Shown here piece by piece: positions 1 through 13,246 of a DNA stretch of 49,367 bases (the stretch's first letter is position 1; each line of letters opens with the position of its first letter). The notes under the pieces were generated by a model that made no database searches, had not been told where the DNA came from, and was given only the letters and a program-made list of their open reading frames with translations. The stretch is from contig JYFJ02000746.1 in assembly GCA_000934665.2 (NCBI GenBank), positions 62,001 to 111,367 on the forward strand, read 5' to 3'. Made by a program: the position numbers and the translations under genes. This DNA is from Catajapyx aquilonaris. Its lineage: Eukaryota.

Positions 1-1092
1 GGTAATTAACCTAACAAAAAAACATATGTTAGAATATAATGACAGTGGATTGCAGCGGACTGTCTTACCCTGTTGAGGTTTTGTTTCTGGTACTCTTGAA
101 ACCGTGCTCTGTTGATGATGTCGAATCCGTATACGTCAGCCTCGACGCGTTTCAGTTTCTCCCAAGAAATTGTTTGCATATCCTGGAACAATACAAAAGT
201 GACGGCTCATTTCTCGTTATGCCGTTGTCAAGTCGGAAACATACCAGAACGGTGAAGATGTACTCTCGTCTCTCATCCATCATGTTGGTGTCCATTGCCT
301 GAAAGTATGCACAGTCGGCTTCAGTTCTACATGCCAATACGAATTTACATAGCAGACATAGCAGAAGTCATGTAAATGATGACATAATGGAACTAACCGC
401 TTGTAGCAGCTCTTGCATTTCGTCATCACCGACGTCCACCACAAAATTCTGCACACCCTTTTTCCTGAATTCCACAAATATCTCCTGGTACTCCATTTCT
501 GCTGGATGAACTAGAACCGCGCATCCTTTCTCCTGGAGTGCTTCCATCAGTACAGTCGGCTCATCAAAAAGACCTGGAATGTAGGACACCTTTGAATGAA
601 TATTATTTTTAAACCTACACTAAGAACTGACCAGACTCCGGGTCGTAGATGAGGCCCGCTTCATCCCAATCCAAATGGTCTGCCAAGTCTGCTATGGCAT
701 CAGCCACATCATCTGTCCCTGGATGAACACCCAGTGTTAATGCCCCCAGTTTCAGTCGCCCAGGGGCAGTGCTGACCAGGGGCAGATTCAGCTGCTCACT
801 CAACGACTCAAGTTGCTCATCCAACTCCGGATCAGACGGACCCAACATGGCCAAGGTACCTTCATCCACTTCATCGCAAGCTGTAACCAAAACGACTAAT
901 TAACACCGGACATTGTTGCTTATTTTGCTGTGTTATGACCTTGCTGGTGCAGATGGAAGAAATCATCGTCTCTGACTTCGTACACTTCGACCTGAAGTCT
1001 ACTGCCTTGTAGGTCACCCCTTCTGTTGACAGCTTCCACCGCACTCTTCAGTGCTTCTTCCTGTCCTTCCTCATCTTGTCTGAAGAATCCAG
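1..1092 (-). CDS. Ionotropic glutamate receptor (kainate/AMPA-like), amino-terminal LIVBP-like domain exons; partial, continues beyond the left edge; signal-peptide exon not located
   Basis: Exons 1092-940, 880-632, 573-398, 298-245, 182-69 (next exon starts at 10), joined by GT-AG introns. They read AGFFRQDEEGQEEALKSAVEAVNRR...ACDEVDEGTLAMLGPS...LNLPLVST...GVHPGTDDVADAIADLADHLDWDEAGLIYD...REYIFTVLDMQTISW. This follows the iGluR ATD pattern (GxF..A...AV..IN; C......V.AI.GP; .P.....A..D.V....W.....IYD; Y.YIFT.LD). Confidence 0.8.
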
Positions 1093-3837
1093 CTGTGAAA
1101 CAAGATAATCGCCATATAAGTATGACTCATTTGCGAAATGCTGGTTCTCTCTCAGCTTGACGCGATTCAGGGAGGAGCTGGAGTCAGGCCAGCTGGCCCT
1201 CTTGTACGTCCTGAGTTATTTCCAGATGCGCCTTTGAGTGCTTCACTTCGCATAATCTACATACTGCTCCTTTATCCCAATCTGTCATGAGATTGTACGT
1301 CCTTTGCTGACGAGGGGTGCTACTTTTCATACCCCAGTGCAAGAAGAAAAATCCCCAAAAAGTTACTTCTTACTAATGTGTAGGGCGACGACTATTTTTA
1401 GTGTACAGTACAGTACGTGGTATGCGCATCAACACGTACACTAGTAGTTTAAAGGGTGAATGGGTGTCACACATTTAACCTTCTATAGCATGTACTATCC
1501 GAGTGATGTTTTTTTTAAAAAAAGAGAGAGAAGCCGGTGCAGTAGTCGCAGCATATTGCGACATATTCTGACTTGCTGTGACCCAAATTAAATAATATGT
1601 GAAGTGTTGATTGACTGAAAGTGCGTCAAATGTGAATGTATTATGGCCCAGCACCTGTGACCTCTCCTGGTATAGCTAATTAATGAGAAACAAATGATGG
1701 TTCAACGCTCTTGAGACTGTTATGCAGACTCTACAGTTACACACTTCCAGAAATAAGCTATAAATAGGTCTGATGTTCTATATTTGTGCTGAACTAGTAG
1801 TGGTTAGAATAATGGTGTCATTGGGGAGGGCCAATGTTCAAATTATATTACGTTTATCTCAATTCATCTATTAAAAGAGGGTAGAAATAATAATTAGTAT
1901 CTATAGATAGAAATTATTTTGTTGACTCCTCTGCTTCCGTTCAAATATGCATATTACAACGACACGGATTCTTGAATCATGTCCATGTCATCAAGGTGCT
2001 CAGGTTTCTCATATCCCGAGCTATTTTTAATAAAATTCTGGTGTAATTTTTGGCAAGTGAGGGTCAGGACCAAGTAGGTCATATGTCATTCCCACTTGTG
2101 ATCATTATGGCCAGACCAGCAGGTCATTGAATGGAGTGCATAGGATTGTAGATGTCAATAATAATTATTAGGGCATCAATAGTGATTGTATAGTGATGTA
2201 TGTGGGAGGGAAGGATTGGGGTACGACCTTACTGAAGGTCATGGGTTAGACTCGTTTGAAAATTGTTTGTGTTTGAACAGCTGACCATGAATGGACAAGC
2301 ATCTGCCGGATTAAATGCCTAACGCCATTTCCCAATCAATTGAATTTGTGGTGCATCTTAATATGACTATAATTGGGAGTACAGGTACGTGGCAAACCTT
2401 TATTTATTGGATTAGCTACACCATATTTTTAATCTTTTCCTGTGGCTATGTTTATCTTTTGCGAAACGGTAGTAAATAACTCATCACTAGAATAGAACAC
2501 TAGGTCATTATTATTTTTTTGTTGTTTCAGCTAGCACGAGTTACATAAATTGTGGCGCAGCTCCCTGACTGCTCATAATATTTTAAACATTATTCACCGC
2601 TTTGTAATACGGTTCATGAGACTCTTCCTGGGTCACATTATAATATGAAAGTGATTTGAAGCACATATTATTGGTAATGCGATGACAATCTATTGACGCC
2701 TACATTTGATATGTTTCCTTCGCAGTTATTAAATCATATTAATTAATAATTACCGTTAGCATCAAAAAATGCTGACGACACAAAATACGTTCAGTGCTAA
2801 TTTAACAGCGGACTATCCTAAAAACCATACTCTTGTGCTTATCATCTTACAGCCCAAAATACTCTAGAGACTACTAATGAGAGTGAACATGTGATTGAAG
2901 CAGCATGGTGAGCTTTTCTCGAGTAAACCGCCCAGCACTTGGAAAATGTTAGCGCTTTGGGAAGACCCAAAAATAACCAAAGTGGATCAAGGAGTTGATA
3001 TGTTGATTTATAGCTACGTTCAAGTATGCTGCTCTTTAAACTCCGACTTTTTTCCCCCCCGGCAACATGCGGCATTGTGGCGGTAGATTTACTTCGACAT
3101 ATTTCGCGTTTGCTTGAAATAGTTTTTGCGCTTTATGTGAGCCGTTGGGGAATAAAAATCAGGACTGTCTACGAAGCCAAGAGTCAAGACATTTTTGGAC
3201 ACACACATGTACCACACACAAACGATACAGTGCTCTCTGGGAAGCAGTAATAGTTGGCATTGGCATCACCTCAAAACAGCCCTGAAACCCTCTGCCAAAA
3301 ACACACCCACTCGTTTTTTTACTCACTAAATTTTGTTAACATCCCCACCGGGTTAATTGCGCTTTAATTATTTCAATATCTACTATATTGTACGTATGAA
3401 TTCCACTTTAAAAAAATTAAGATGTGAGATTATGTCGTCACTCACCGATTCTCAACTTATTAGGAAGTTTGACAAATGCTGAAGTGTGTGTGGTCCAAAC
3501 AGCAATCAGCAGGCACAAACAGAGTAGATCTTTGATGGCCATTGTGACAGGTTGCGGAGGGCCTTCGAAAAAGGCCCGTCCGAAGAAGAAGCCACCTCCG
3601 CCACTGTATCCAAAAAGCAGAAGGGTAAACCAATTTTAGCCCGGAGGCCAGTTTGGGCAAACGGAGGCGTCTCGGTTTCCATGCGTCGACGTCGACGGCG
3701 CCATCGCACAACGCGGCCCATTCAATCCAAAAAAAAATGCAATGCACGCCGGGTGTAGTATAGTCATGTGATGATAACAATATCAGTAGCTGGTCATAGC
3801 TATAGTCCAGTCGTTGGTCAGTCAGAGGAGAGCAAGG

Positions 3838-5118
3838 ATGGCCTGCAGTGCACCCATCACTTTCGGGCACAAGTGGAGATTCGGAAATCTGCAGAGCTAC
3901 CTCAAGTTCTCTGAAGTTGATTCGCATGTCCAGTCGCCATGTTATCATATCTCGACGGATCAGGAGATTGTGGCCACACAACGGATACTATTCTACCCAA
4001 AGGGAACTCAGACAGATGCTGGACAGCCATCGTTTTTTCTCAAATTGGTCAGCGGACCCACGTGAGTACAACTTGACCAAAAATCACGAGTCAGAGCAAA
4101 TGGAAATTTTTGAGCGACTTATTCTGATTTGACAGGGAAATGTCTGGTGATGTGACAATGACGTTGTGGGAGGAGACGTCGCAAGAAGTATTGATGAAAG
4201 TTACAGTGCCATTGCATTGGTACATGTCAATACCAGTGCATGTGTGCAGTTTCGACTCAGACCAGCTGGCCAATCTTGCAGGTATAGTGACACCTGCTAA
4301 TTATTTGACTTTTAAAGAGTTTAATGCAATTTTTGGTTACAGATGCAGGCCGGTCTTTGACTTTGGAATGCAATGGATCCGTGGTGTTTTCAGCTGTGAC
4401 GTGTCAGTTGGACGACCAAGTGGAGGCCTTGGAACCCAGGCCATTTCCACCAAACCTCTACGACATGCTGAGACTGGACAGGTTCACAGACGTAATCCTG
4501 ATCACGCCTCATACACACTATCGAGCTCACAGGTACACAAATGGGTACATTTTAAAAATCCTTTCCGTATTTGACCATTATAATATTTCAGACTGGTTAT
4601 GTCATCGTGGAGTACATTCTTCGCCGACATGTTTTGCGACGACGATCCTCGAAGCGGCACATGCCAGGTGTTTCTTCACGACGTGTTTGATTGGCAGGTC
4701 ATCGAGATACTCAACTTCATGTACAGAGGACACGTAGAAAATTTGCCGGTCATTGCTCGAGGCTTGCTTCCAGTTGCTTCCAGGTTCAGGATCGAAGCTC
4801 TTCAGTGCTTATGCGAATCTCAACTTACGGATGATCTACAAGGATCAGATGAGTCTGCAGCCATTGATCTGATCACCCTTGCATTTAGGTAACACGTCCC
4901 CCCCCCCCACATTATGATCCGGTTTTGATACTATTTTTGCACGCAGGTTTGGAAGTGAGCAGTTCAAAGCCTCTGCTATTACCTTCCTTCAATCAAATCT
5001 CCACCTGACTTGTCGACAAGAATGGACCGACCTTGCTCTGGTGGACCCAGTGTTGATGTACCACATTATGAATATCCTTGCCATAGAAGTCCGCAAAAAT
5101 GGGCCAGTAGAAGACTAA
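3838..5118 (+). CDS. Divergent SPOP-like MATH-BTB-BACK protein without a signal peptide
   Basis: Exons 3838-4061, 4136-4281, 4343-4532, 4592-4888, 4947-5118 splice in frame (GT-AG). MATH-like segment KWRFGN..SP..LFYPKG..SFFLKL. BTB segment FTDVILI..YRAHRLVMSSWSTFFADMF..ILNFMYRG..LLPVASRFRIEALQCLCESQL. BACK-like tail ends at TAA 5116-5118. Confidence 0.8.
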
Positions 5119-5509
5119 ATGCAGTTTACTTTTTTTTTGCACATGACTAAAATCGTACATTCCGATGCATTTGACCCCAAAGACTCAGCCTGTATTGAAA
5201 ACACTGCTTGTATATTTGCGCTGCGATCTTTTGTACTTTTTGTGATAAATCATGCTCGATATTTTAAAATCCCTCCATTTATTTGACGATTCCCACCCAC
5301 TTGCATTATCACCTGTACATGTCCGAACCATCTGAAAATCCGGAATTTATAACACTAAATTATCCAGATGGCATTCAAGCTACAGTAAGAGATTTAAAAA
5401 TGCCAGAATTTCCCATGTTTAATTGGCAAATGGACCGTTCATATTTTGAGCAACTTGCTTACTTGAGCAGACACCGAGGACCTTTTTATATGTATCATCA
5501 TGGAGCTAA

Positions 5510-6670
5510 CTACGACATGTCCTGTGAAACCTTTCTCTGGAAGTTCTGCACAGCAACCTTGAGGATCATGGCGCTGCACTTCTCCGCAAGCTCCGCCATT
5601 GCCTCCAAGTTGTTGTTGTCTATCTGCTGGCATAGACCCTGCTCGCAATTGGCCTTCAGTCGAGCCAGCTCCAGCTTGTTCGCTGCCACCAGGTACTTGT
5701 CCATGTTCTTCTCCGAGCAAAGACAAGGGTTCTGTCCAGTGTAGATGTAGTAGAGGATACCGTCCATCACGATTGGCTCGACATCTTTTATCTCGATCTC
5801 CTCAGGTTCAGACTTGAGCAGGCTCATTAGGTACGGGCTTCTGGCAGCCAATATGGACCGATGCAGCTTGTACTTCTGGTCCTCCACAACCAGAGTCACG
5901 TCGCAGAGTTCGCTTGACTTCAGGATGGCGCCCAGGTCTCCAGCCAGTTCACTGACGCCCTGGACGTTCACGGTGCCGCCAAGAGCAGAACCGGAGCTGG
6001 AAAAAAAAGACATTTACTTCCAAAAGGCAACAACGTTCATGTCTGGTTGGTGTGGTACGACGCCATTAATGGTATACCTTCCCGCAAGTATCTGTCCCAC
6101 TGGGAATTTGAGTCCGTTGGATCCGGAGGTGCTGATGTCCGGAGACATGATGGATCCTTCGCAGACGATGGTGAGCATGTCGTCCGGGAGGTAGTCGTCC
6201 TGCCTCTCCAGGATGGCGGTGAGTGGGATGAAGGTCGGGTGTCCCCAGGTGCAGAGGGTAGGGGACATGTGGCTGAAGGTGTAGGCCTTCTTGGTGGTGA
6301 CCGTGTGCAAGGGGATGTTGCCTCGACCCAGCAGCGAGAGGCGGATGGTGGTGCTGATCTCGGGCTGTCCGGAGGAGAACAGGACCAGGAAGAGGCTGAT
6401 GTGGTCCTTGCTGGCCTCCACGTTCCCTCTAGGGTAGAGGTGGAGGCGCCACAGCATGTCGTTGTCCTCCTCGGCCGAGAACACGCAGGACTTGAGCACC
6501 TGGCCCATGCTCAGGCTGTCAGCGTGACGGGGGAAGTCCTCGATGGTCCAGCTGAAGCGGTACTTCTGCTTCCTCGACTGGGTCACGCACCACGACTCGT
6601 ACACTGGGGTGTCGTCCGAATCGTCATCATCCCCCAGGCTCATCTGGTCGTATTCCCCCGTCGACACCAT
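5510..6670 (-). CDS. SPOP/Roadkill-like MATH-BTB protein without a signal peptide (closest to canonical SPOP in the array)
   Basis: Exons 6670-6078 and 5996-5510. ESWCVTQ...FSWTIEDF...LKSCVFS...WRLHLYPRG..EASKDHISLFLVL...YLPDDMLTIVCEGSI parallels the SPOP MATH domain. BTB segment CDVTLVV..YKLHRSILAARSP..ILYYIYTG..LVAANKLELARLKANCE. The N-terminus is acidic with no hydrophobic leader. Confidence 0.88.
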
Positions 6671-8411
6671 GGCTTTGTGTCTGCATAGCCACAATTTAAA
6701 ATTTTTTAAAAATAAAACCAGTATCACTCTTGACCATACACGTGCATACACTAATTAATAATTGCTCCAGCACCTGATTTCTCTGCGGTTAATTAGAAAT
6801 AATTAAACCATTTAACAATAGAATTTGCTTTCACTCCGCTATATTGAAGAGTCACCTTTCCTTCTCACTTAATCACGAAGAGTCAAATTATTGTAGGCAG
6901 ACAAGCCACTTCCTCTTCCTCAATTGTTATTGACATTCTCGTCTGATTCATCGGCTGGGTGTTGTGTCATGTCACAATTACCTACTTTTTTTGCGTTTGG
7001 TAATTTTAAGATGTGCAATTCATCAACACTTGTTTGTCAGTCAAAGTCACGATATCTCTAAAGACGCATTTCACCTCTCACGCTCAAAGCCATGTAATTG
7101 ATTCTGTATTTATTGTTGCCAGCAATCAATAAGATTAGCTAAATTAGACCTTACCTTGAGAGGGAGCAATCATACTGCATATATGTACAATTTTATGCGA
7201 AAAATAATTATTATACAGCGTCTCTTCACAATAGTGCAGTACTGATTAATTCATTGCATAATGAACTCGTTATTATGAAAAATTATATTCTTACTATATT
7301 AGTATGCTAAAGTATTATTTATTCGCTAATAATTTTTTTCTCGTGGTAACAACGTTAGAGAGTTGTTGACTTGCATCATAAACCGCAGTAGGCCACAGGC
7401 TTGTAGTAAAACGAATCAGTTGTAGTGCAGTAGTTAAACGACTGCAAGTCGTTAATAACATAAACAGTTGCACCTAAAATTTTAAACCGTTTCGTTTTCA
7501 TAGTCAGCGGAGTGTAACTTCTGTACCAAAGGATTTTGTTAAATGCTTGTGCTTAAAGGAGTCATAGAAAAAAAACTGCGTGCTGTACATTGACTTGACC
7601 TTTCCTTACGAATTTTAAGGGCTTAAACGTCACTTCATGGCACGACCAAGAGTCGTTTAACAATATAAGTGCTGCTATATTTTATGATCCTTGTGTCAAG
7701 TAAGCCTGTACTGCACGCGTGTAGCATATACATTCATTATTCTCACTTAAGAGTACAAGAGTATAATGCAGTAATAAAATATACTCACGTGACTTACATA
7801 CAAATATGAGACTATTCACTGTGAATTTAGAGACGAATGATTTAGAACTTGTATCCAATATATTGTGTAGGGAAATTTCCAAGGTAACTAACTTGCCACA
7901 ACCAAATCAACAGCAACAGAATTCATTGTTAAGTGCTGCTCGGTAATTATTATTGAGCCGCGGAGTTTGCATTTGACAGGTCCGGCTTTTATTTAATATA
8001 TGCAGAATAATCATAAAATGTACTTACTGACTTTTGGCCACCATCACGTCACGTCAGCTCTTGACAAACGGTGTCCTTCATCGACTGCAACTCATCGCCA
8101 AAAATAGTAACACTTAAATTCGAGCATGTTAGTTGACCGACTTATATATTTTTTTGAACATGAAGCCCAATGTGATTAATAGGAAGGGAATAGGATGTGT
8201 TTTTTTATTTATTTTATCTAAGAACACCAAAGCACTCACCTTTTAATAAAAATTGGGTGGCCTTCGGATATATTCCCATTGCCACGACACGCTTTCAACA
8301 ATATATTATTGAGGCAATCAGCACATTTTAAATGTTTCAGACACTATTGGTTTCAGGAGCAAGAATTCATAAAAAGCAAGCAGGACAGGTAAATATTTTT
8401 TTGGGGACTGT

Positions 8412-9473
8412 TTACAATGGCTGTACGACCGGAATGGTGTTTGAACATCGCGAGACCTGCTGATAAGTGGCGACGTCGAAACTGACAGTCACTCCTGTGG
8501 CTCCAAACTGATTCTGAAAGTTCTCCGCAGTTTCTAAAGGATACCAACCCCAGCACGGATACACGTTCTGACCCACGTTGGATTCCTCGCCGAACTTCCG
8601 GAGGAGTGTCATGGTGCGTACCAGTGGAGGTGCGGAGTAAGCCTTGTCCGGTCTGACCAAAGTGGCGTTGAACGTGGCCAGAGGCTGACCTGACCTCCCT
8701 TGCTGGCGGAGACACAGGAAGAGGTTGATGTCGCCGTTGGAGTTGTCCAGTCGGATGTACCACAGCGAGTCGTCACCATTGGGGAAGTCCATCGAAATCG
8801 GCGACTGGCTGTCTGCCGGTATGCTGTCGAACGTCCAGGAAAATGAAATGGTGTCCTCCTCCTGGTAGAAGGTCTCGCACCATTCCAAGGAGTCGAACGG
8901 ATTCCTTCCAATTTGCTGGGGAGGACGAATCACGCAGGAGGACACGTTGGATGGCACCAAGGCCAGTCTGTCCACCTTGATCAGCAGATGCAGTATGTCA
9001 TGGGTCAGGTGCCCAAGGTTGACCTGTTCTCTCTTGGCAGCTCGTGGCCACCCCCAGAGCGCGTACGGGGTGAGGTTGACCACCGGACTCTGACCTTTCA
9101 GACTGCCCTTTGACCCTCCTCTCCGGAAGTTCTTGTCCAGGATTGCGTAGCTGAATCGGGCCAGCTCCTTCGTGCTGGCTGTAGACGCCAAGGTCACGTA
9201 CAATCCCATGGAGTCACGCAGGTCAGCCGAGTCACCAGGTGGGAATATGTGGATGAACCAGGTCGTGTCGGACAGCGGGTTCAGCGGAAAGTACGGCGAG
9301 TGTATCCGACGAGGTACGTCGTGACGTTCGGCTCTTCGGCTGAAGTTGTGGAGGCTCCAGCCGAACTGGAGGCTCTCAACTGACTCCAGGCACTGTCCTG
9401 GAGGAGGCCGAAACACGCCCAGGACATCTCCAGCCAGAAGGAAAACTACGGACACAACAGTGAGGACACCCAT
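8412..9473 (-). CDS. Predicted secreted tandem MATH-MATH protein, single coding exon, 353 aa, no BTB
   Basis: Leader MGVLTVVSVVFLLAGDVLG. MATH1 FGWSLHNFS..SPYFP..WFIHIFP..LYVTL..WGWP. MATH2 WCET..FSWTF..WYIRL..LFLCL..CWGW. Confidence 0.85.
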   Translation of the reverse strand: MGVLTVVSVVFLLAGDVLGVFRPPPGQCLESVESLQFGWSLHNFSRRAERHDVPRRIHSPYFPLNPLSDTTWFIHIFPPGDSADLRDSMGLYVTLASTASTKELARFSYAILDKNFRRGGSKGSLKGQSPVVNLTPYALWGWPRAAKREQVNLGHLTHDILHLLIKVDRLALVPSNVSSCVIRPPQQIGRNPFDSLEWCETFYQEEDTISFSWTFDSIPADSQSPISMDFPNGDDSLWYIRLDNSNGDINLFLCLRQQGRSGQPLATFNATLVRPDKAYSAPPLVRTMTLLRKFGEESNVGQNVYPCWGWYPLETAENFQNQFGATGVTVSFDVATYQQVSRCSNTIPVVQPL

Positions 9474-10124
9474 ACTATCGGACAGTTCTTCTGCAACTGG
9501 AGGATGAACTAGCAGGAACAGAGGGCAATGGATTTTTTTTTTCTGGGTAGGATCGGGTTGGATGACACCCGAAGTGGTTCTTCAAGATGTCACGCCCCTT
9601 AGTGCAGGGCAGGGACTATTTGATTAACCGGACTTGGTACAACAAGAGGACATTAGCTACCACACCAAGGAGTGCTAAGGATTGATGGCCATGGCTTATT
9701 GTGCTTGGGTTGCAATGACCGTGCGGAAATTCACTCTACACGGAATTGCAAATCCAACAGGTTGGAGCCTGCAAAAAAATGGCGAAAATAATGGAATGGA
9801 CTGCTCAGAATGTGTGCTGTACAATAGATAAGGGAGTGACCAAGGTTCGTGTACCTCAGCACCTTCCGAATGGTTAATTATTATTCTGCACGATACAACC
9901 AGTTTCCGCTTTTAAGAATCATCTCGCGTACATATATGTGGTGTCCGGGTTGGATAATTATTTTCAAAGGCGGCACCCCCACACTTCTTATTAGGTAGAA
10001 AAATACTTGACCATGCAACAAAAAGAATGCAGTTTTTCTCAACAAAAAGGGAAAAACTTGCTCGACTAGAAAATTACGAATGTCACATCTATTACCTAAG
10101 ATAATCTATGAAATTGCAATTTTT

Positions 10125-12675
10125 TTAAGGAATTCGAGATCTAACGAGAATCGCGAGGGTTGGCTGCTTCTTGTTGAGTCTCCGCCATTCTTTTGTGGTG
10201 CTGATGTCTCTCATGTTGTCTGCTGCGACCTGGACGGCCTTCTCTTTCAGTTGGAATGCCTCCAATGAGTCTGCCAGCTGCAGTAATTCCAGTACATTGT
10301 CCACTCGCACTTTTCCTAGCAATATATTTTCGCAAACGGCTTCCAATTCGGTCATACCATGCTTATGGGCCAAGGTGAAAATGTCGGATGTTAAGGCTAC
10401 TGAGCCTGATTGTTGAGCATTTCTCAGGTCAGCTACAACCTGCAAAATAAGTGCAACTGTTAACAATTATTCAACACTTGCAATAGTTAAGTAGACATGC
10501 CTTTCTTCGCCATGCAGTGTCCCCTTCGTTTTGCTGACTTGACCACAGGGCAGCCAGTATTTCCATTTCCTTATCTTCTCCCAATGGAGGATCGGGTGGA
10601 CCACTGAAACACATCATATAGAGGACTGGTTATCTTGACAGCTGCATAACTCATGAGTCTCACTCTTCATTTTCGTTGCTATAAAAAGGGTCACACTACT
10701 AAATAATCATGCCTTTTCTCGTGACCTTTCCTGCCCTCCTACCGAGTTGCCATAAAAAATGCGGAAATGATATGCGACTGATGAGGCCATCATTTGTATC
10801 ATAGCATTTGCCTGCTAGTGCAAACTGTAGTCTACTATAGTTAGCGGACTGGTTGCCAATTAATATGTAGGATTTGTTTAAAAAAAAATTGTGTACCTTT
10901 GGCAGGCTGAATCGGACGAATCTGTGGCGCATGAGACGGATTCCTGAAGCCTTTGAATGTGGGCGACGATCTTGAGCTCCTTGTTTTCCTGGTATCTCTT
11001 GTCTCTGAAGATGACGTGGAAAGGTGTGGCCACCCTCCCCCAGCAGTAGAGTTGGGAAGGGTTTGGACCTGGATTTTTGAAGTAGGTGACGGTGTCGATG
11101 ACGAAGGTCCAGGGAGGATCATCGTGGTGGTCCTCGTCTTTGAAGGACACAGACACGTTGAATAGTGCCAGCTCGTGCGGTCTGGGCGTCTTCTTTAAGC
11201 AGAGATGGACACTCAGGTACAGCTCGGGACTCAGCCTCTCTCTCAGGACCCGGACCTCCGTTTCCCACTCGGTGTCCGCCTCCGTGTGCTCCATCAGAGG
11301 GATGCTGAGCCGCTTCTTCCAGTACTGCACCTCCCAGACGTACCGGAGGATAGGGTCGATTGCCTGGTAGCTGGTGTCGCATCGGACTGGAGGGTGCTCC
11401 TCGTCCACAGATGCAGGAGATGATGGTGACGATGGAAGAGGAGGCGGACATGCGGGGGTGGCCGCACACTCGCTGGTCTCACGGTACCGCTTCACTTGGT
11501 ACGACAGGGTCAGGACGTCCCCTTCCGACACGTACTCCTTCACCAGCTCCTCTCGTCCGATTTCCAAGATCCGGCCAAAGCATTTGCTGGACATGGAAGG
11601 AAATAGTGGATCAGCTGCAAAGTTCATTGATACCTTCGTGTAAATATACATTGAATGGGTTGACATATGCTTGACCTTTTACGTAAAGCGCTGAAGATAA
11701 TGCCATCAATTGCGCATATCAACTTGAAGCGGATTTATTAATGATTGCATGGTGACAGAAAAATATGTTATTGAGATTTGCTTTCAAGCGTGTTCTCCAA
11801 ATCGTGTGACCAGGCGTCATATGTTTTCGTTGTTTTTGTGCCCATTTATATACGCTTATCGTTAACACAACTGACTCCTCTGTTTCGTTTGAACTATACA
11901 GTAAGTCCATTGACTGATGGGGGTCAATATTCTTCTTTGGACTTCCGACAACAACAAGACACACCTCCCAAAAACTGATTTTACATCCCACTGAGGAAAC
12001 CGAACCAGTTCCGGAACCGGCTTACTATCTGGTTGTTCAGAGTATTGCCGATCACATAATAATCTGCTGTGCTTGGCTCTAACAGAATTCAGCTTTGGTG
12101 ACACGAAATCACGCGGTAGTGGGCCGGTTCCGAAACGGGTTCGCTTTCTGTTATTCCACGTAAATTGAGTTTGGAACTAACCTGGTTGTAAATCGAAGCC
12201 CGTAACCTCCTTGCCTCGTGTACACTTGTCCAGTCCTCTCAAAGTCCTTGTGAAATATGGAGAGCTTGTAAGTGGCTGTCTCGTGGGAGGAATCCTCGTG
12301 GTAGGAGAGACATATGTAAAAGGCAGGCACGTCTCCCATGAATCGGGCTCTTCCACGAGGGTAGACAGCTACCTGCCACTTGGTTTTTGAGAGAGGGTCC
12401 ATTGGGAACAAAGGAGAGAGAATGACGCTGTCTTGCTCTTCAGGACGCACGCTGAAGTTGTGTATGCTCCACTGGAACCTGAATGTCTCCAGGGGATCCA
12501 GTCGGACCTCGCAGTCCTGCTCCACCACTGTGTCATCGTCGGTGTTGACCTCGTAGTCGGTCAGAACTGAGGAGGAACTTCTGGGTGTCGTGGTGATGGG
12601 CTCCTCCGCAACCAGAAGGGGCAACAGCAGCACACTGCACAGCAACAGGACTAAACATAGCTCCTTCCACTGCAT
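10125..12675 (-). CDS. Predicted secreted MATH-MATH protein with degenerate BTB and BACK
   Basis: Leader MQWKELCLVLLLCSVLLLPLLVA, then a Thr/Ser-rich spacer and MATH1 (FQWSIHNFS..SPLFP..WQVAVYPRG..FYICL). Exons: 12675 to about 12182 (donor uncertain), 11614-10897, optional 15-nt exon 10678-10664, 10603-10501, 10439-10125. The last exon, LAHKHGMTELEAVCENILLGKVRVDNVLELLQLAD..LKEKA, is the BTB C-terminus plus BACK. Confidence 0.75.
11996..12148. mobile_element. Small foldback/MITE-like element in an intron
   Basis: Imperfect inverted repeats of about 34 bp: gaaaccgaaccagttccggaaccggcttactatc and ggtagtgggccggttccgaaacgggttcgctttc. No TSD confirmed. Confidence 0.5.
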
Positions 12676-13246
12676 CTCAAGCTATACTGGCGGAATGACT
12701 AATCTCCTCTGGAAATGTCTCACTGGTCGACCCTTGGCCCCCTTGCACGAAGGGTTATCCGTCAAGGGGCAAACCGTGTTAATCAGACGCCACTTTTATT
12801 GGAATTTGCTGAAAATGATCGGTTTTATTCCGTCCATTCAAACACATAATGTGATTATTTATAGGAGGCGACAGCAGTTCTATAGTACTTACAAAAGTGT
12901 CATGTTCTTTTTAAAGGAATCTGAATTTATTCAGGAAAATACATGCATTAAGAATTTCCCGAGAAAAAGTGAAAAGCAGGAATATTTAATTAATAATAAT
13001 TAGATAATGTAGTGAGGAGCTAGCTACAACAGTTGATACGACCATCTAAAATAAATGGAACATCCATCCCTTATTATCGTACAATGCTGATTAGATGCAG
13101 CTATAGCATAACGTCGTAATTTTTACAACACAGCTATGATTATACACCAATAGTATTCTGATATTCAACAAACCATATTGCTACTTTTAAAAAGCAGTTT
13201 GAAATTATTAGTTCGTAATTTAGATTGAGATACAGTTTGATTCCGT

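Noticed and set aside
2842..3250. Short overlapping ORFs between the iGluR and MATH-BTB genes
   Set aside because: No recognisable homology or splice structure.
3540..3760. Basic, NLS-like ORFs (KKARPKKK, KRRR) upstream of the plus-strand MATH-BTB gene
   Set aside because: Could be an upstream exon, but I could not build a convincing in-frame splice path to 3838.
5510..6670. Assigning the symbol SPOP/rdx
   Set aside because: Too divergent from the highly conserved SPOP orthologue (no DWGFKKF, truncated BACK and tail); treated as a paralogue.
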